Of a DNA stretch of 64,000 nt, positions 1-9,541 are shown one piece after another. Within the stretch, counting starts at the first letter, position 1. Each line of letters starts with the position of its first letter. Source of the DNA: Minisyncoccota bacterium (lineage in GTDB: Bacteria > Patescibacteriota > Minisyncoccia > Phycocordibacterales > GCA-2401445). The stretch lies in assembly GCA_040879725.1 (NCBI GenBank), contig JBBDJV010000020.1, positions 9,086 through 73,085 of the forward strand, given 5' to 3'. The translations under genes were made by a program, and so were the position numbers. A model generated the notes under the pieces. That model saw nothing but the letters and a program-made list of their open reading frames with translations, was not told where the DNA came from and made no database searches.

Positions 1-906
1 TCCGTCGAGAATACTGTTTGCAACATCACTCACTTCAGCACGAGTAGGAATTGGTGAGTTAATCATTGACTCAAGCATTTGTGTTGCTGTGATAACAAAT
101 TTTCCTGCAGTATTGCATCGCCAAATTAAATCTTTTTGAATCAGAGGCACCTTTGCAAACCCAACCTCTACCGCGAGATCTCCGCGTGCCACCATGATGC
201 CGTCAGACTTCTCTATTATTTCATCGAGATGTTGTAACACCTCAAGTGTTTCTATTTTTGCAACTATCTTCGCTGTGCTGTTGTTTTCTTTTAGAATTGC
301 TCGAAGCTCGTCTACATCCTCTGGCTTTCGCACAAATGAAAACGCAATATACTCAACTCCATTTTCAATTCCAAACAATACATCTTTCTTGTCTTTTTCT
401 GTTAGAGAGCGAATGGTCAAATTTGCCTCGGGAATATTTACCCCTCTTCGTCCTTTTGTTTCTCCTCCAACTTCGATAATAGTATGAACTTCGTTCCCTT
501 CAATGTGCGTTACTTTCAGTTTCTTTTTTCCATCATCAAGCAGAATCGCAGTGCCCACGGTTACTTCTTCGGGGAGCTTCGGATAGTTTATGTACGCGCG
601 ATGCTCATTCCCAATACACTCCTGTGTGGTAAGTACAAACATATCTCCTTCTTTAAGAACGACAACCGGCTGGTAGAAATCTCCAATGCGAATCTTCGGT
701 CCGCTTAAATCTTGGAGCATCTTTATTTCCTTTCCAGTGCCTTTTACTTCTTTAATTGCGTCTACAATTTTCTGATGTGTATCTAAATTACCGTGTGAAA
801 AATTCAACCGAGCGATAGTCATTCCTGCGTCGTACATCGCTTCAAGCATTTCTGGAGACTCTGATGCGGGACCGATAGTGGCTACTATATCTAATCTATG
901 TGACAT
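1..906 (-). CDS. pyk: Pyruvate kinase, N-terminal part; the gene continues past the window start
   Basis: Minus-strand translation from the ATG at 906 gives [39 protein letters not shown]...[10 protein letters not shown], the canonical pyruvate-kinase N-terminus. It is open to position 1, which is why no complete ORF appears in the track. Confidence 0.85.
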   Translation of the reverse strand, partial: MSHRLDIVATIGPASESPEMLEAMYDAGMTIARLNFSHGNLDTHQKIVDAIKEVKGTGKEIKMLQDLSGPKIRIGDFYQPVVVLKEGDMFVLTTQECIGNEHRAYINYPKLPEEVTVGTAILLDDGKKKLKVTHIEGNEVHTIIEVGGETKGRRGVNIPEANLTIRSLTEKDKKDVLFGIENGVEYIAFSFVRKPEDVDELRAILKENNSTAKIVAKIETLEVLQHLDEIIEKSDGIMVARGDLAVEVGFAKVPLIQKDLIWRCNTAGKFVITATQMLESMINSPIPTRAEVSDVANSILDG

Positions 907-955
907 AAATATTCTTAAACGTAAATAATTGAGCCAATTCTAACACAAAAGACTT

Positions 956-1729
956 TTAACGCACAGTGTAGGAACCGAGTGTGCTACGAGTAATTCTAAA
1001 AGCTATCGCCCCAACACCAAGCGCATCTCCAATATCACGAGCGAAGCCACGTACATACGTTCCACTCCCACACGTGACACAAACGCTTGCTCTGTAAAAA
1101 GTTTTATGTGCAATAACAGAAGAAAGGTTATCCCATGCTAATGAAATTTCATTTTGTCTAAAATCTCCACTAACAATCGAACATGCATGCTTCCCTGCTT
1201 TTATAATTTCATCTCCTCCAATAGTGTCGAGAGCAGTAAGTGTGTGCGAAAATACTGTAATGTCATGTGTTGGTAATTCATCGTAAGACACCGTTCCTTC
1301 TTTTGCATGCATAAAAAGTGGTTTCCCTTTGTACGGTTTTGAAGAAAATGCAGGATATGTTTGGGGGTGTGTTCCGATACTTTTTTCAAGAAATTGAACA
1401 ATATCTTTTTCTGTTACAGATTCAAGCGTGCCAACTGTCGGCATTCCTAAAACATCATGAGTATCTGTACGAATACCAAACACAATTTCATACTCATAGG
1501 TTTTTGGAAGCGCGACATACGTATCCCTCTCTTTATTCGCTTCACCAACGAGGATCAACAAAACACCCTCCGCAAGAGGATCAAGTCTTCCGGCATAGGA
1601 AAGTGGCACTTTTCCGTCTATCTGCTGTTTAGCTCGAAAACGCTCAAGAGCCTCCTTTGGGGTCTCTCCGTACCGCTTCCAAAATGGTTCTACCTTGTTC
1701 ATAGTTGTTATATTAGATAAAATGAGCAC
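956..1729 (-). CDS. truB: tRNA pseudouridine(55) synthase TruB, short form without a PUA domain
   Basis: The GRLDPLAEGVLLILVGEANK catalytic-Asp motif is typical of TruB. An alternative start at the MNKVEPF Met (1702) is possible. Confidence 0.7.
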   Translation of the reverse strand: MLILSNITTMNKVEPFWKRYGETPKEALERFRAKQQIDGKVPLSYAGRLDPLAEGVLLILVGEANKERDTYVALPKTYEYEIVFGIRTDTHDVLGMPTVGTLESVTEKDIVQFLEKSIGTHPQTYPAFSSKPYKGKPLFMHAKEGTVSYDELPTHDITVFSHTLTALDTIGGDEIIKAGKHACSIVSGDFRQNEISLAWDNLSSVIAHKTFYRASVCVTCGSGTYVRGFARDIGDALGVGAIAFRITRSTLGSYTVR

Positions 1730-1732
1730 ATT

Positions 1733-3010
1733 ATGGAAGAGAACAAAAAACTAAGCACCGAATCTTACAAAGGAGTACGAGACTTCTACCCCAAGGATAT
1801 GGCTGTACAGAAATACATATTTCAGATTATGCGAGAGACAGTTGAGTCATTCGGTTATGTTGAATACGGCGCTTCTATACTCGAACCCGCGGAGCTTTAT
1901 CGCTCTAAAACAAGCGATGAGATTGTAAACGAACAAACATACACTTTCACCGACCGCGGAGACAGAGAGGTCACGCTTCGCCCGGAAATGACACCCACTG
2001 TCGCTCGCATGGTTGCGCAAAAGCGCCGTGAGCTAGGTTTTCCTTTGCGTTGGTATTCTATCCCAAATGTATTTCGCTATGAGCGACCACAGCGAGGACG
2101 CCTTCGAGAGCACTGGCAGTTAAATGTAGATGTATTTGGAATGGATTCACTCGATGCGGATATTGAGCTTCTTACTATATCCCACACCTTGCTGAAAAAC
2201 TTTGGCCTATCACAAAATGATTTTGAAATACGTATAAATGACAGAGCGGCATTCGATACTTTTCTTAAGTCGCAAGGACTAACTGATGAAGAGGTGGCAA
2301 AAGCACGCAAACTTATCGACAAAAAAGATAAAGTAGAAAACTTTGATGCTCTCATGGAGGCAGAGCTCGGTAAAAAAATTAACCTTGAAATGCCTCAAAG
2401 TGAGGCCGTTGCCACAGTGATAAAAGAGCTATCTGATATAGGAATTACGAATGTCGTATTTACCCCGACACTTGTTCGTGGTTTTACGTACTATACCGGG
2501 ATAGTATTTGAGGTATTTGATACACATCCGGAAAACAACCGGTCCCTTTTTGGTGGCGGTAGATTTGATAACCTACTTTCACTCTTTGACAATGAACAAG
2601 TCCCGGCTGTTGGTTTCGGCATGGGAGATGTTACTATTCGAGACGCTCTTGATGCACGTGGAATACTCCAGAATACCGTAACTGGAGGAGTCGCGGATGT
2701 GGGAATTTTAACGCTCGATGATTGCAGTCGCTCATTTGTGCTCTCGCTTGCAAACGAGCTTCGTGCGAAAAACCTATCTGTTGAGACAGACTACACTAGT
2801 AGGAAAATTGGAGACAAAATCGCAAAAGCCGAGAAACGAGGAACGAAAACAATTATCTGTGTAGGAAAAACCGAGGAAGAAACAAACCTCTTTGCCTACT
2901 CATTCCTCTCTCCATCCGAAGGGTATGTAAAGAGTACCGAAAGTATGGACAGAGCGATGTTATTAGAATCAATTTCAAAAAAAGTTAGCGATGAAGAAAA
3001 TAACGTTTGA
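1733..3010 (+). CDS. hisS: Histidyl-tRNA synthetase
   Basis: Class II aaRS motifs (GVRDFYP, TLRPEMTPTVAR, RYERPQRGR, GGGRFD); 425 aa. Confidence 0.9.
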   Translation: MEENKKLSTESYKGVRDFYPKDMAVQKYIFQIMRETVESFGYVEYGASILEPAELYRSKTSDEIVNEQTYTFTDRGDREVTLRPEMTPTVARMVAQKRRELGFPLRWYSIPNVFRYERPQRGRLREHWQLNVDVFGMDSLDADIELLTISHTLLKNFGLSQNDFEIRINDRAAFDTFLKSQGLTDEEVAKARKLIDKKDKVENFDALMEAELGKKINLEMPQSEAVATVIKELSDIGITNVVFTPTLVRGFTYYTGIVFEVFDTHPENNRSLFGGGRFDNLLSLFDNEQVPAVGFGMGDVTIRDALDARGILQNTVTGGVADVGILTLDDCSRSFVLSLANELRAKNLSVETDYTSRKIGDKIAKAEKRGTKTIICVGKTEEETNLFAYSFLSPSEGYVKSTESMDRAMLLESISKKVSDEENNV

Positions 3011-3575
3011 TATAGAAACCTCCAACATATTCACTGAAGTTGGAAGTAACAACCCTGCAGATCTTGATATCTCAGTTGTGTGTATTCATGATTCTGAAAC
3101 TGACGAATACTCTTCTTACACAATAGAAGAGTTTCCGAAACTTTGGCCGATACTTGAAAAAGCAGACATGCTTATCGGTTTTAACTCAGACCACTTTGAT
3201 ATTCCTGTTCTTGATAAGTACTACCCTGGTGACCTTACCGCAATCAAAAGTCTTGATATTCTTAAAGAGGTTAAGAATTCTCTCGGTCGTAGAATTAAAC
3301 TCGACACCATAGCCGAAGCGACTTTGAAGAAAAAGAAAATAGGTAACGGACTTGAAGCGATTACCTGGTGGAGAAATGGCGAAAAAGAAAAAGTAATAAA
3401 GTATTGTTTGGAAGATGTTAAAATCACCAAACAGGTATACGACTATGCCAGAGAGCATAATTCACTGAAGTACGTAGACTTGGGTATTAAACGAAGTATT
3501 AAGTCTTTTCCTCTTGATACCAGTTCATGGGAGGAGCTTCATGACACAGCAATGACGCACACGCTACCCTTTTAG
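2991..3575 (+). CDS. DEDD-family 3'-5' exonuclease (DnaQ/RNase T-like fold)
   Basis: Exo I FDIETSN, Exo II GFNSDHFDIPVL and Exo III CLEDVKITKQVYDYA motifs. It overlaps the hisS 3' end by 20 bp. Confidence 0.6.
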   Translation: MKKITFDIETSNIFTEVGSNNPADLDISVVCIHDSETDEYSSYTIEEFPKLWPILEKADMLIGFNSDHFDIPVLDKYYPGDLTAIKSLDILKEVKNSLGRRIKLDTIAEATLKKKKIGNGLEAITWWRNGEKEKVIKYCLEDVKITKQVYDYAREHNSLKYVDLGIKRSIKSFPLDTSSWEELHDTAMTHTLPF

Positions 3576-3588
3576 CATAAACAAAAAG

Positions 3589-3626
3589 AGGCGCAGTCCA
3601 GAAGTGGACTGCGCCCGTTCTCTGCT
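3589..3626 (-). terminator. GC hairpin GGCGCAGTCC-loop-GGACTGCGCC followed by a T-run on the minus strand
   Basis: 10-bp stem. On the minus strand it is followed by CTCTTTTTGTTTATG. Same stem as the copy at 3755-3800. Confidence 0.4.
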
Positions 3627-3754
3627 ACCAGGGCGCGGAGGAACCATTATTGCGCCAGATACCAAAGAACACTACTAAATAGTAACCTTAACTATTAAAG
3701 ACAACAAACTACAGTGGTGATATAAAAACACCTATTCAAAAACTGGGTATAAAA

Positions 3755-3800
3755 AAGGCGCAGTCCGGCAAAGACAGAGGACTGCGCCCGATTTTGTGTT
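3755..3800 (-). terminator. Rho-independent terminator of rmuC, second copy of the GGCGCAGTCC/GGACTGCGCC hairpin
   Basis: 10-bp stem followed on the minus strand by CCTTTTTTATACCC. Lies 90 nt downstream of the rmuC stop. Confidence 0.55.
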
Positions 3801-3887
3801 ACTGTTAGAGTGTTGACCAGGGTGATTATCCTTTTCAGGAACTAATCTCCTTTATAAACAAACTACACAAAACCTACCCATAAAATA

Positions 3888-4958
3888 CTATTCCCTATCA
3901 ATTTTGTCAACTTCTATTACCTGCAACTGTGGAGTATCACCGGTAATGCGTGTTATATCCTTATCTATTTTTTTAAACTCCTTTCCTCCGAGATTATACT
4001 GATTTACCACTGTATCGAGCGCATTTCCCATCTTTGAATGATAATCCTCATACGTTTTTAAGTGTTTTGCGAGCTCACCTACTCGTTTTATGATTTCCGT
4101 CGCTCGTTCCTCAATTTGGAGGGCTTTTAGACCCTGTAGGACTGTCTGTAGGTACGCAAGAAATGACGTTGGGGAAACAATAATCACCTTATACTTACCC
4201 GCCGCTCTCTGTATTAAACTTTCAGTTTCTTCTCGCAGAGCGCCCACTTTATTTACGAGCAAGTCATAGTAAATAGCTTCATGCGGAATAAACATAAACG
4301 CAAAGTCCGTTGTTCCTCGTTCGGGTCGAATATACTTTGCCGTTTCGGTGATTCGGTTTTTTAGATCATTAACAAAAAGCTTCTCTAGCCGAACCCGCTC
4401 TCCATCATCTCTTGTTTCTGAAAGACGGTTATAGTTTTCAAGAGAAAACTTTGAATCAATAGGAATAATTTTATCTTTCACAAAGACAACTGCGTCTACA
4501 ATATCTCCTTCAGGGAAGGCATACTGCATTTTATAACTCTCGGGAGGAAGTACGTTTTTTAACAACGTTTCAAGATAGTACTCTCCCAGTATTCCTCTTT
4601 GCTTTGGGTTCTTTAGTAAGTCTTGCAAGTTTTGCAACTCTGAAGCAAAGCCAACCATTTGCTTTCCGGTTTCCTCTACCCGGGTTACTTTTTCTGTCAT
4701 AGATGACAACTCTTTAATGAAAGACTGAACGAGTTTCTGTGATTCACCAAACTGTAACCGCACCTCACTTTGCATTGCCCTGCTACTTTCATTCATTCGA
4801 GTATCCATTTGTCGAGAAAGTTCATTTACCTGATTGAGTAACAGCGTAACGGTCTGATCATCAGTACTTGTATTTTCCTTCTTTTTTATTTCACGCAGAA
4901 TAAGCGCTATTCCTCCTAAAATAACAATTATTCCTATTCCTATGAGTATTTCGGTCAT
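3888..4958 (-). CDS. rmuC: DNA recombination protein RmuC
   Basis: N-terminal TM helix, long coiled-coil and a C-terminal RmuC nuclease-like region (FAFMFIPHEAIYYDLL...VSPTSFLAYLQTV). Confidence 0.75.
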   Translation of the reverse strand: MTEILIGIGIIVILGGIALILREIKKKENTSTDDQTVTLLLNQVNELSRQMDTRMNESSRAMQSEVRLQFGESQKLVQSFIKELSSMTEKVTRVEETGKQMVGFASELQNLQDLLKNPKQRGILGEYYLETLLKNVLPPESYKMQYAFPEGDIVDAVVFVKDKIIPIDSKFSLENYNRLSETRDDGERVRLEKLFVNDLKNRITETAKYIRPERGTTDFAFMFIPHEAIYYDLLVNKVGALREETESLIQRAAGKYKVIIVSPTSFLAYLQTVLQGLKALQIEERATEIIKRVGELAKHLKTYEDYHSKMGNALDTVVNQYNLGGKEFKKIDKDITRITGDTPQLQVIEVDKIDRE

Positions 4959-4972
4959 ACAAGGCTATTGTA

Positions 4973-7627
4973 TCACTCAACATTCTTGCGCCCAAACAAA
5001 AGCGCTTTCATAATCTCAAGAACAGAAACAAAGAGCACCGTTGCTCCACCTATTACCATCCACGAGAATCCTGAAGGAACAGCGAGGTCAAGGAAAGAAC
5101 GAAGTGGTGGAACGTACAAAGTACATGCGAGTAGTACCGCGCTAAAGAGTACCGCCATAATCAAAAAGTGATTTGAGAAAAACCGTATCTTCCAAATTGG
5201 CAGTGACAAACTCTTAAGAGAGAAAACAAAGAAGAATGAGTTGGTAGAAAGCAAAATGAAGATAACTGTGTGTAATTCACTGATTGGTAATGTATTAGCG
5301 AGAAGTAGTAAGTACACTCCTATAAGAATAATTCCTGTTGTACATGCAGTAATGAGTGTTAATGCAATAAGTCGTTTTGAAAGTACTGATTTGCTTTCTT
5401 TATTGCGCGGACTACGCTTCATAATACCTTTTTCTTGTCCTTCAAACGCAAGTGCGACACTGATAAAGCTTCCACCAATAACATTTGTCCAGAGTATCTG
5501 AATTGGCAAAATAGGTAATGGCCCACCGATAATAAGTGCTCCACTTACAACAAACAGTTCACCAAATCCGGTAGTGAGAAGGAAGCTGACTATCTTTCGC
5601 AAATTATCGATAATCTTTCTCCCTTCCGCGATAGCAGACACAATAACTGAAAAACTATTATTTATAAGTACCAAGTCAGAAGCCTCTTTTGCCACTTCCG
5701 TTCCACTTCCAAGCGCAATACCGATATCAGCACTACGCAGTGCCGGAGCGTCATTCACGCCATCTCCGGTCATTGCAACCACCTCCCCTCTATTTTTCAG
5801 TATTCGAGAAATACGCAATTTCTGGTCAGGTAGCACACGCGCAAACACATCAGTATGTTCAATCATTTCACCCAGTTCAGCGTCAGTAAGTCCCACAGTG
5901 TCGTCCCCGGTATGTACAACACCCTCGGTGTCCTTTTTAATTATTCCAACCTCCTCGGCAATACTACGTGCCGTAGCAGGGTTATCACCTGTCACCATCA
6001 ACACTCGAGCTCCCGCACCACGTGCTGTTTCTATACTTTGAGACACATCTCCACGAATCGGATCAGAAAAGACAAACAGCGCCATAAAAATAGTTCCCTC
6101 GAGTAGTTCTGCGTCCTTTGCTGAGCCAAGAGAAAAATCTTTATCCTTAATCACCTTTCTGGCGATTGCGGTCATACGGTGTCCTACTGAGCTTTCCTTG
6201 AGCTGAAAATCAGTAAATATTTTTTTCACCTTCTCACTCATTTTCTTTACCGTTGTTCCGTCAACATACTGTGTTGCAGCTTCGAGCAAATGCTCCGGAG
6301 CTCCACTCAGGTACAGCACGAGCTCACCATCCTCCTCATGGACAGAAGCACCAAACCGTCGCTTTGATTCAAATTGTAAATAGTCTATGCGCTTAGACTT
6401 CTCTCGAAGTCTTTCTTGATTCAACTCCCTCGCAATTCCCGCATTTAAAATTGCACGTTCTATCGGTCTGCCATGTACGACAATATCTCCTTCCGGTGTG
6501 TGGTCTATAAAAGCGTCTGACGCAAGTATTCCCGCTCGCAGAGATGCCATTTCACCCTTTTCGTCTTCTTCTCCTTGTATTTTTTTATAGGTATTTACCC
6601 CACTGAGTGCCATATTTCCTTCCGTTAGCGTTCCTGTTTTATCTGTCATGATTACGGTGGTGCTTCCGAGCGTTTCCGCCGCAAGCAAATTTCTTACCAA
6701 TCCACCTTTTTTCAAAATGTTTTCCATTCCAACCGCAAGAACGACTGTTACCGCAGCAGGAAGCCCTTCAGGGACAAGCGCAACAGAAACAGCGATAATT
6801 ATCAAAAGAAGCTCAACGCCAGGAATACCTCTAAAGTAACCAATGATTGCTACGAGTGCTACAGAAATAGCGATAATTATCAAAAGTAAATTTGCCAAAG
6901 AGTGAATATATTTCTGAAGCGGTGTTGAACGCTGTCGAACACTTGCCAAACTCTCAGCGAGTTTACCGAACTCAGTGTCTGCGCCCGACGCAACCACCAC
7001 ACCCCGTCCGTATCCCTGCATCGCAAACGTTCCCATCCACGCCATGTTCCGTTGTTCAGCAAGCGGAAGCGCTCTCTCACTTCTGTCAGTTTCCTTTGAG
7101 ATGCCGACCCATTCTCCCGTAAGTGATGACTCATTTATTTCAAGGTTGTTTGCATCAAACAATCGAATATCAGCCGGCACATACGTACCGGACTCTAACC
7201 GAACCACGTCTCCTACCACCAAATCAGTCGAGGGAATAATTCTTTTCACTTCATCACGAATCACTGTTGCACTATGTGTTTGTGACTTAGAAAGTGTCGC
7301 GAAGGTGTTGTTCGCTCTTCCTTCTTGAAATGCTCCGATACCAACATTTACTAAAATAGTTATCAGAATAACAAGCGCATCGATATATTCTTTAATAAAA
7401 AAAGTAAGTATTCCGGCAAATATCAAAATGTAGATAATCGGACTTTTTAACTGCCGAAAGATAATTGAAAACAGCGTAACAACCTCCGGTGCGGGAAGTA
7501 CGTTTTTTCCTTGTATTTTGAGTCTGCGCTCTGCTTCTTTTGCTGATAATCCTTTGTGAATATCAACACCAAGATTTTGCGCAATTAACTCAACTTCTGT
7601 TGTATGCCATTCGGAGCGATTCATCAT
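4973..7627 (-). CDS. Cation-transporting P-type ATPase, P2-type (Ca2+-ATPase-like)
   Basis: DKTGTLT phosphorylation site, PEGLP, TGDN and GDGVNDAPAL motifs, and about 10 TM segments; 884 aa. Confidence 0.85.
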   Translation of the reverse strand: MMNRSEWHTTEVELIAQNLGVDIHKGLSAKEAERRLKIQGKNVLPAPEVVTLFSIIFRQLKSPIIYILIFAGILTFFIKEYIDALVILITILVNVGIGAFQEGRANNTFATLSKSQTHSATVIRDEVKRIIPSTDLVVGDVVRLESGTYVPADIRLFDANNLEINESSLTGEWVGISKETDRSERALPLAEQRNMAWMGTFAMQGYGRGVVVASGADTEFGKLAESLASVRQRSTPLQKYIHSLANLLLIIIAISVALVAIIGYFRGIPGVELLLIIIAVSVALVPEGLPAAVTVVLAVGMENILKKGGLVRNLLAAETLGSTTVIMTDKTGTLTEGNMALSGVNTYKKIQGEEDEKGEMASLRAGILASDAFIDHTPEGDIVVHGRPIERAILNAGIARELNQERLREKSKRIDYLQFESKRRFGASVHEEDGELVLYLSGAPEHLLEAATQYVDGTTVKKMSEKVKKIFTDFQLKESSVGHRMTAIARKVIKDKDFSLGSAKDAELLEGTIFMALFVFSDPIRGDVSQSIETARGAGARVLMVTGDNPATARSIAEEVGIIKKDTEGVVHTGDDTVGLTDAELGEMIEHTDVFARVLPDQKLRISRILKNRGEVVAMTGDGVNDAPALRSADIGIALGSGTEVAKEASDLVLINNSFSVIVSAIAEGRKIIDNLRKIVSFLLTTGFGELFVVSGALIIGGPLPILPIQILWTNVIGGSFISVALAFEGQEKGIMKRSPRNKESKSVLSKRLIALTLITACTTGIILIGVYLLLLANTLPISELHTVIFILLSTNSFFFVFSLKSLSLPIWKIRFFSNHFLIMAVLFSAVLLACTLYVPPLRSFLDLAVPSGFSWMVIGGATVLFVSVLEIMKALLFGRKNVE

Positions 7628-8331
7628 TCTTTTTTCTCAGCTTCAATTACTTTTTCTTGATACTGGTGTAAGCGAGCAAACCCAAACATCATAAATACAA
7701 TAATTGTTGCAAGGGTTATAGCAAAAAGATTACCGAAGAACAGCTCAAAACTGTTGAAAAACGTATCTGGGGAAATTCCCACGATCGCAATACCTACCGC
7801 GGATAGCGGTACTATCAACGCAACGGTTATTGCAATACTTGGAAGAGAAGCAGACATATTTTGCTTTACCCAAGTAAAAGCGGTTATTGTGCCGGCAAGA
7901 AATGCAACAACATACAGAAGAATATCGGGAGTTGAAGCAACTGAAAGTGAATTTGTTTCAACCGGACCAATAAAATATGCAGTAAAAGCAGAAATAAGTA
8001 CAACCACTCCAATAGATTCAATTATCGTAAATAGCGCACGGATTATTGCGGAAAGACTAAAGGTAACCATACCCATACCAAGAGCCATTATTGGAAATAG
8101 TAACGGAGCGAGAAGCATACCCGCAACAATAACTATGGCATTATCCCGAAGTAAGCCGATTGTAGTGATACATGTTGCGAATACTAGAAAAAGAAAAAAA
8201 TCAAAATCAGGTTTACTCTCTGCAGTGAGAGTTTCAATCGTTCTCCGCTGTCCAAAAACTGATGTACTTACATCCTTAAATAAAAATTCTGTTATTTTCA
8301 TTACCGTACAGTATAACATGTACAGCACCAC
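7624..8331 (-). CDS. Integral membrane protein of unknown function
   Basis: Six or more predicted TM helices. An alternative start at MKITEF (8301) is possible. Confidence 0.5.
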   Translation of the reverse strand: MVLYMLYCTVMKITEFLFKDVSTSVFGQRRTIETLTAESKPDFDFFLFLVFATCITTIGLLRDNAIVIVAGMLLAPLLFPIMALGMGMVTFSLSAIIRALFTIIESIGVVVLISAFTAYFIGPVETNSLSVASTPDILLYVVAFLAGTITAFTWVKQNMSASLPSIAITVALIVPLSAVGIAIVGISPDTFFNSFELFFGNLFAITLATIIVFMMFGFARLHQYQEKVIEAEKKE

Positions 8332-8369
8332 CCCTTCATGCTACTATGTGGTTAATAATACAAACATAT

Positions 8370-8822
8370 ATGACACTTCAAGAACAAATAAAAGCAGACA
8401 TGATTTCTGCAATGAAAGCAAAAAACCCAACCGCAACAACAGCACTTAAGAGTATGTTGTCTGCTTTTACAAACGAACTTGTGAATCTAAAACGAACTCC
8501 ACAGGACAAACTAACAGACGAAGAAGCTATTGTGGTAATAAAGCGTGGTATTAAGCAACGAAAAGATTCTGTTGCGCAGTATGAATCAGCAGGCAGACCG
8601 GAGTTAGCGGAAACAGAGAAGGTTGAAATTGAAGTACTTGAAAAATATCTTCCGGCTTCAATGAGTAAAGATGAAATAAAGAAAGTCGCTGTTGCGAAAA
8701 AAGAGGAACTCGGAGTAACCGATAAAGCGGGTATGGGAAAACTAATCGGCATTGTTATGAAGGAACTGCAAGGAAAAGCTGACGGTGGCGATGTAAAAGA
8801 AGTCGTAGAATCACTGTTCTAG
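8370..8822 (+). CDS. GatB/YqeY domain protein
   Basis: MTLQEQIKADMISAMKAK...KRG.KQRKDS...GKADGG is the characteristic YqeY pattern. The ORF is open from 8346, but 8370 is the likely start. Confidence 0.7.
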   Translation: MTLQEQIKADMISAMKAKNPTATTALKSMLSAFTNELVNLKRTPQDKLTDEEAIVVIKRGIKQRKDSVAQYESAGRPELAETEKVEIEVLEKYLPASMSKDEIKKVAVAKKEELGVTDKAGMGKLIGIVMKELQGKADGGDVKEVVESLF

Positions 8823-8825
8823 AAA

Positions 8826-8852
8826 ATCCGCCTTATAGGCGGTTTTTTATTT
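8826..8852 (+). terminator. Rho-independent terminator after the GatB/YqeY gene
   Basis: CCGCC-TTATA-GGCGG hairpin followed by TTTTTTATTT. Confidence 0.7.
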
Positions 8853-8895
8853 CTTAGTCTAATTTGGTATAGGTACAGAACGAACAATCTACCCA

Positions 8896-8916
8896 GTACA
8901 AGGGGTCCCCTTGTAC
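8896..8916. repeat. Perfect 10+1+10 palindrome GTACAAGGGG-T-CCCCTTGTAC
   Basis: Seen directly; lies 10 bp upstream of repeat copy 1. Confidence 0.8.
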
Positions 8917-8925
8917 TATGCAATT

Positions 8926-8955
8926 TAAGTGCGCACGCCGGCGTGCGCACTTAAA
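8926..8955. repeat. Interspersed GC-rich palindromic repeat, copy 1 (core GCGCACGCCGGCGTGCGC at 8931-8948)
   Basis: 30-bp perfect palindrome TTAAGTGCGCACGCCGGCGTGCGCACTTAA followed by ATGGCTT. The same core recurs at 24586-24603 and 59357-59374. Confidence 0.85.
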
Positions 8956-9032
8956 TGGCTTAAAATAAGGTTCAAAAAGAACCAATTAACCCCTTGAGAC
9001 ACATTTAGACCTCGAATAAAACACCAATAAAT

Positions 9033-9059
9033 TGACTTTTATACTAAAAATGATATAAT
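9033..9059 (+). promoter_or_regulatory. Sigma70-like promoter with an extended -10
   Basis: -35 TTGACT (9033-9038), 15-nt spacer, then TGaTATAAT (9051-9059). Predicted TSS is about 9066, some 60 nt upstream of the small ORF. Confidence 0.55.
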
Positions 9060-9129
9060 TATATTAGTGAATACCTTACAAAGACGAGTCTCCCTTCGAG
9101 ACAAAGTCCAAAGGGAGTGTTTCCAAATC

Positions 9130-9246
9130 ATGCATTCTGTGGTCGAAGGAAAGATTACAGAAGAACGGGCTGTGGAGCTCATTCGTAAGGCTCAACAGCG
9201 CAAGGAAAAATTTTTCGGAAAAAAAGAAAACCAACCAGTTTTCTGA
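9130..9246 (+). CDS. Small 38-aa protein (MHSVVEGKITEERAVELIRKAQQRKEKFFGKKENQPVF), function unknown
   Basis: AAGGGAG Shine-Dalgarno 12 nt upstream of the ATG, with a promoter upstream and an intrinsic terminator downstream. It is below the ORF-track size cutoff. Confidence 0.5.
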   Translation: MHSVVEGKITEERAVELIRKAQQRKEKFFGKKENQPVF

Positions 9247-9270
9247 CAATCCGAAAAACAAAAACAAGAA

Positions 9271-9296
9271 CGACCCAACAGTGGGTCGTTTTCTTT
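9271..9296 (+). terminator. Rho-independent terminator after the 38-aa ORF
   Basis: CGACCCA-ACAG-TGGGTCG hairpin followed by TTTTCTTT. Confidence 0.65.
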
Positions 9297-9541
9297 ACAC
9301 ACAAAACTGTCTCTGTTACACTTTATTTTGGAACCATTATGCTAAGCAACAACATCGTTCTCTCTCATTCGGACCAATCAGTTATACCGATTGGTATTCG
9401 CAGTGTTTACTGTGGTGGTATTGGAAAAGGTACTTCTACCCTTCCATTCAGACCATTCAAACAGGCACAAAGGAAAAACAAAGGGCGGAAGCGTTGGCCA
9501 TGTAAAACCCAACCCCAGAGTCAACACTGAGAAACTGAAGC

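Noticed and set aside
194-708. Plus-strand ORFs 194-487, 246-479 and 484-708
   Set aside because: They are shadow ORFs inside the minus-strand pyruvate kinase gene, have low-complexity translations and no SD.
5574-6106. Plus-strand ORFs overlapping the P-type ATPase gene (e.g. 5574-6041)
   Set aside because: They are antisense to a well-supported 884-aa CDS. Their Ser/Ala/Pro-rich translations are typical of reverse-frame artefacts.
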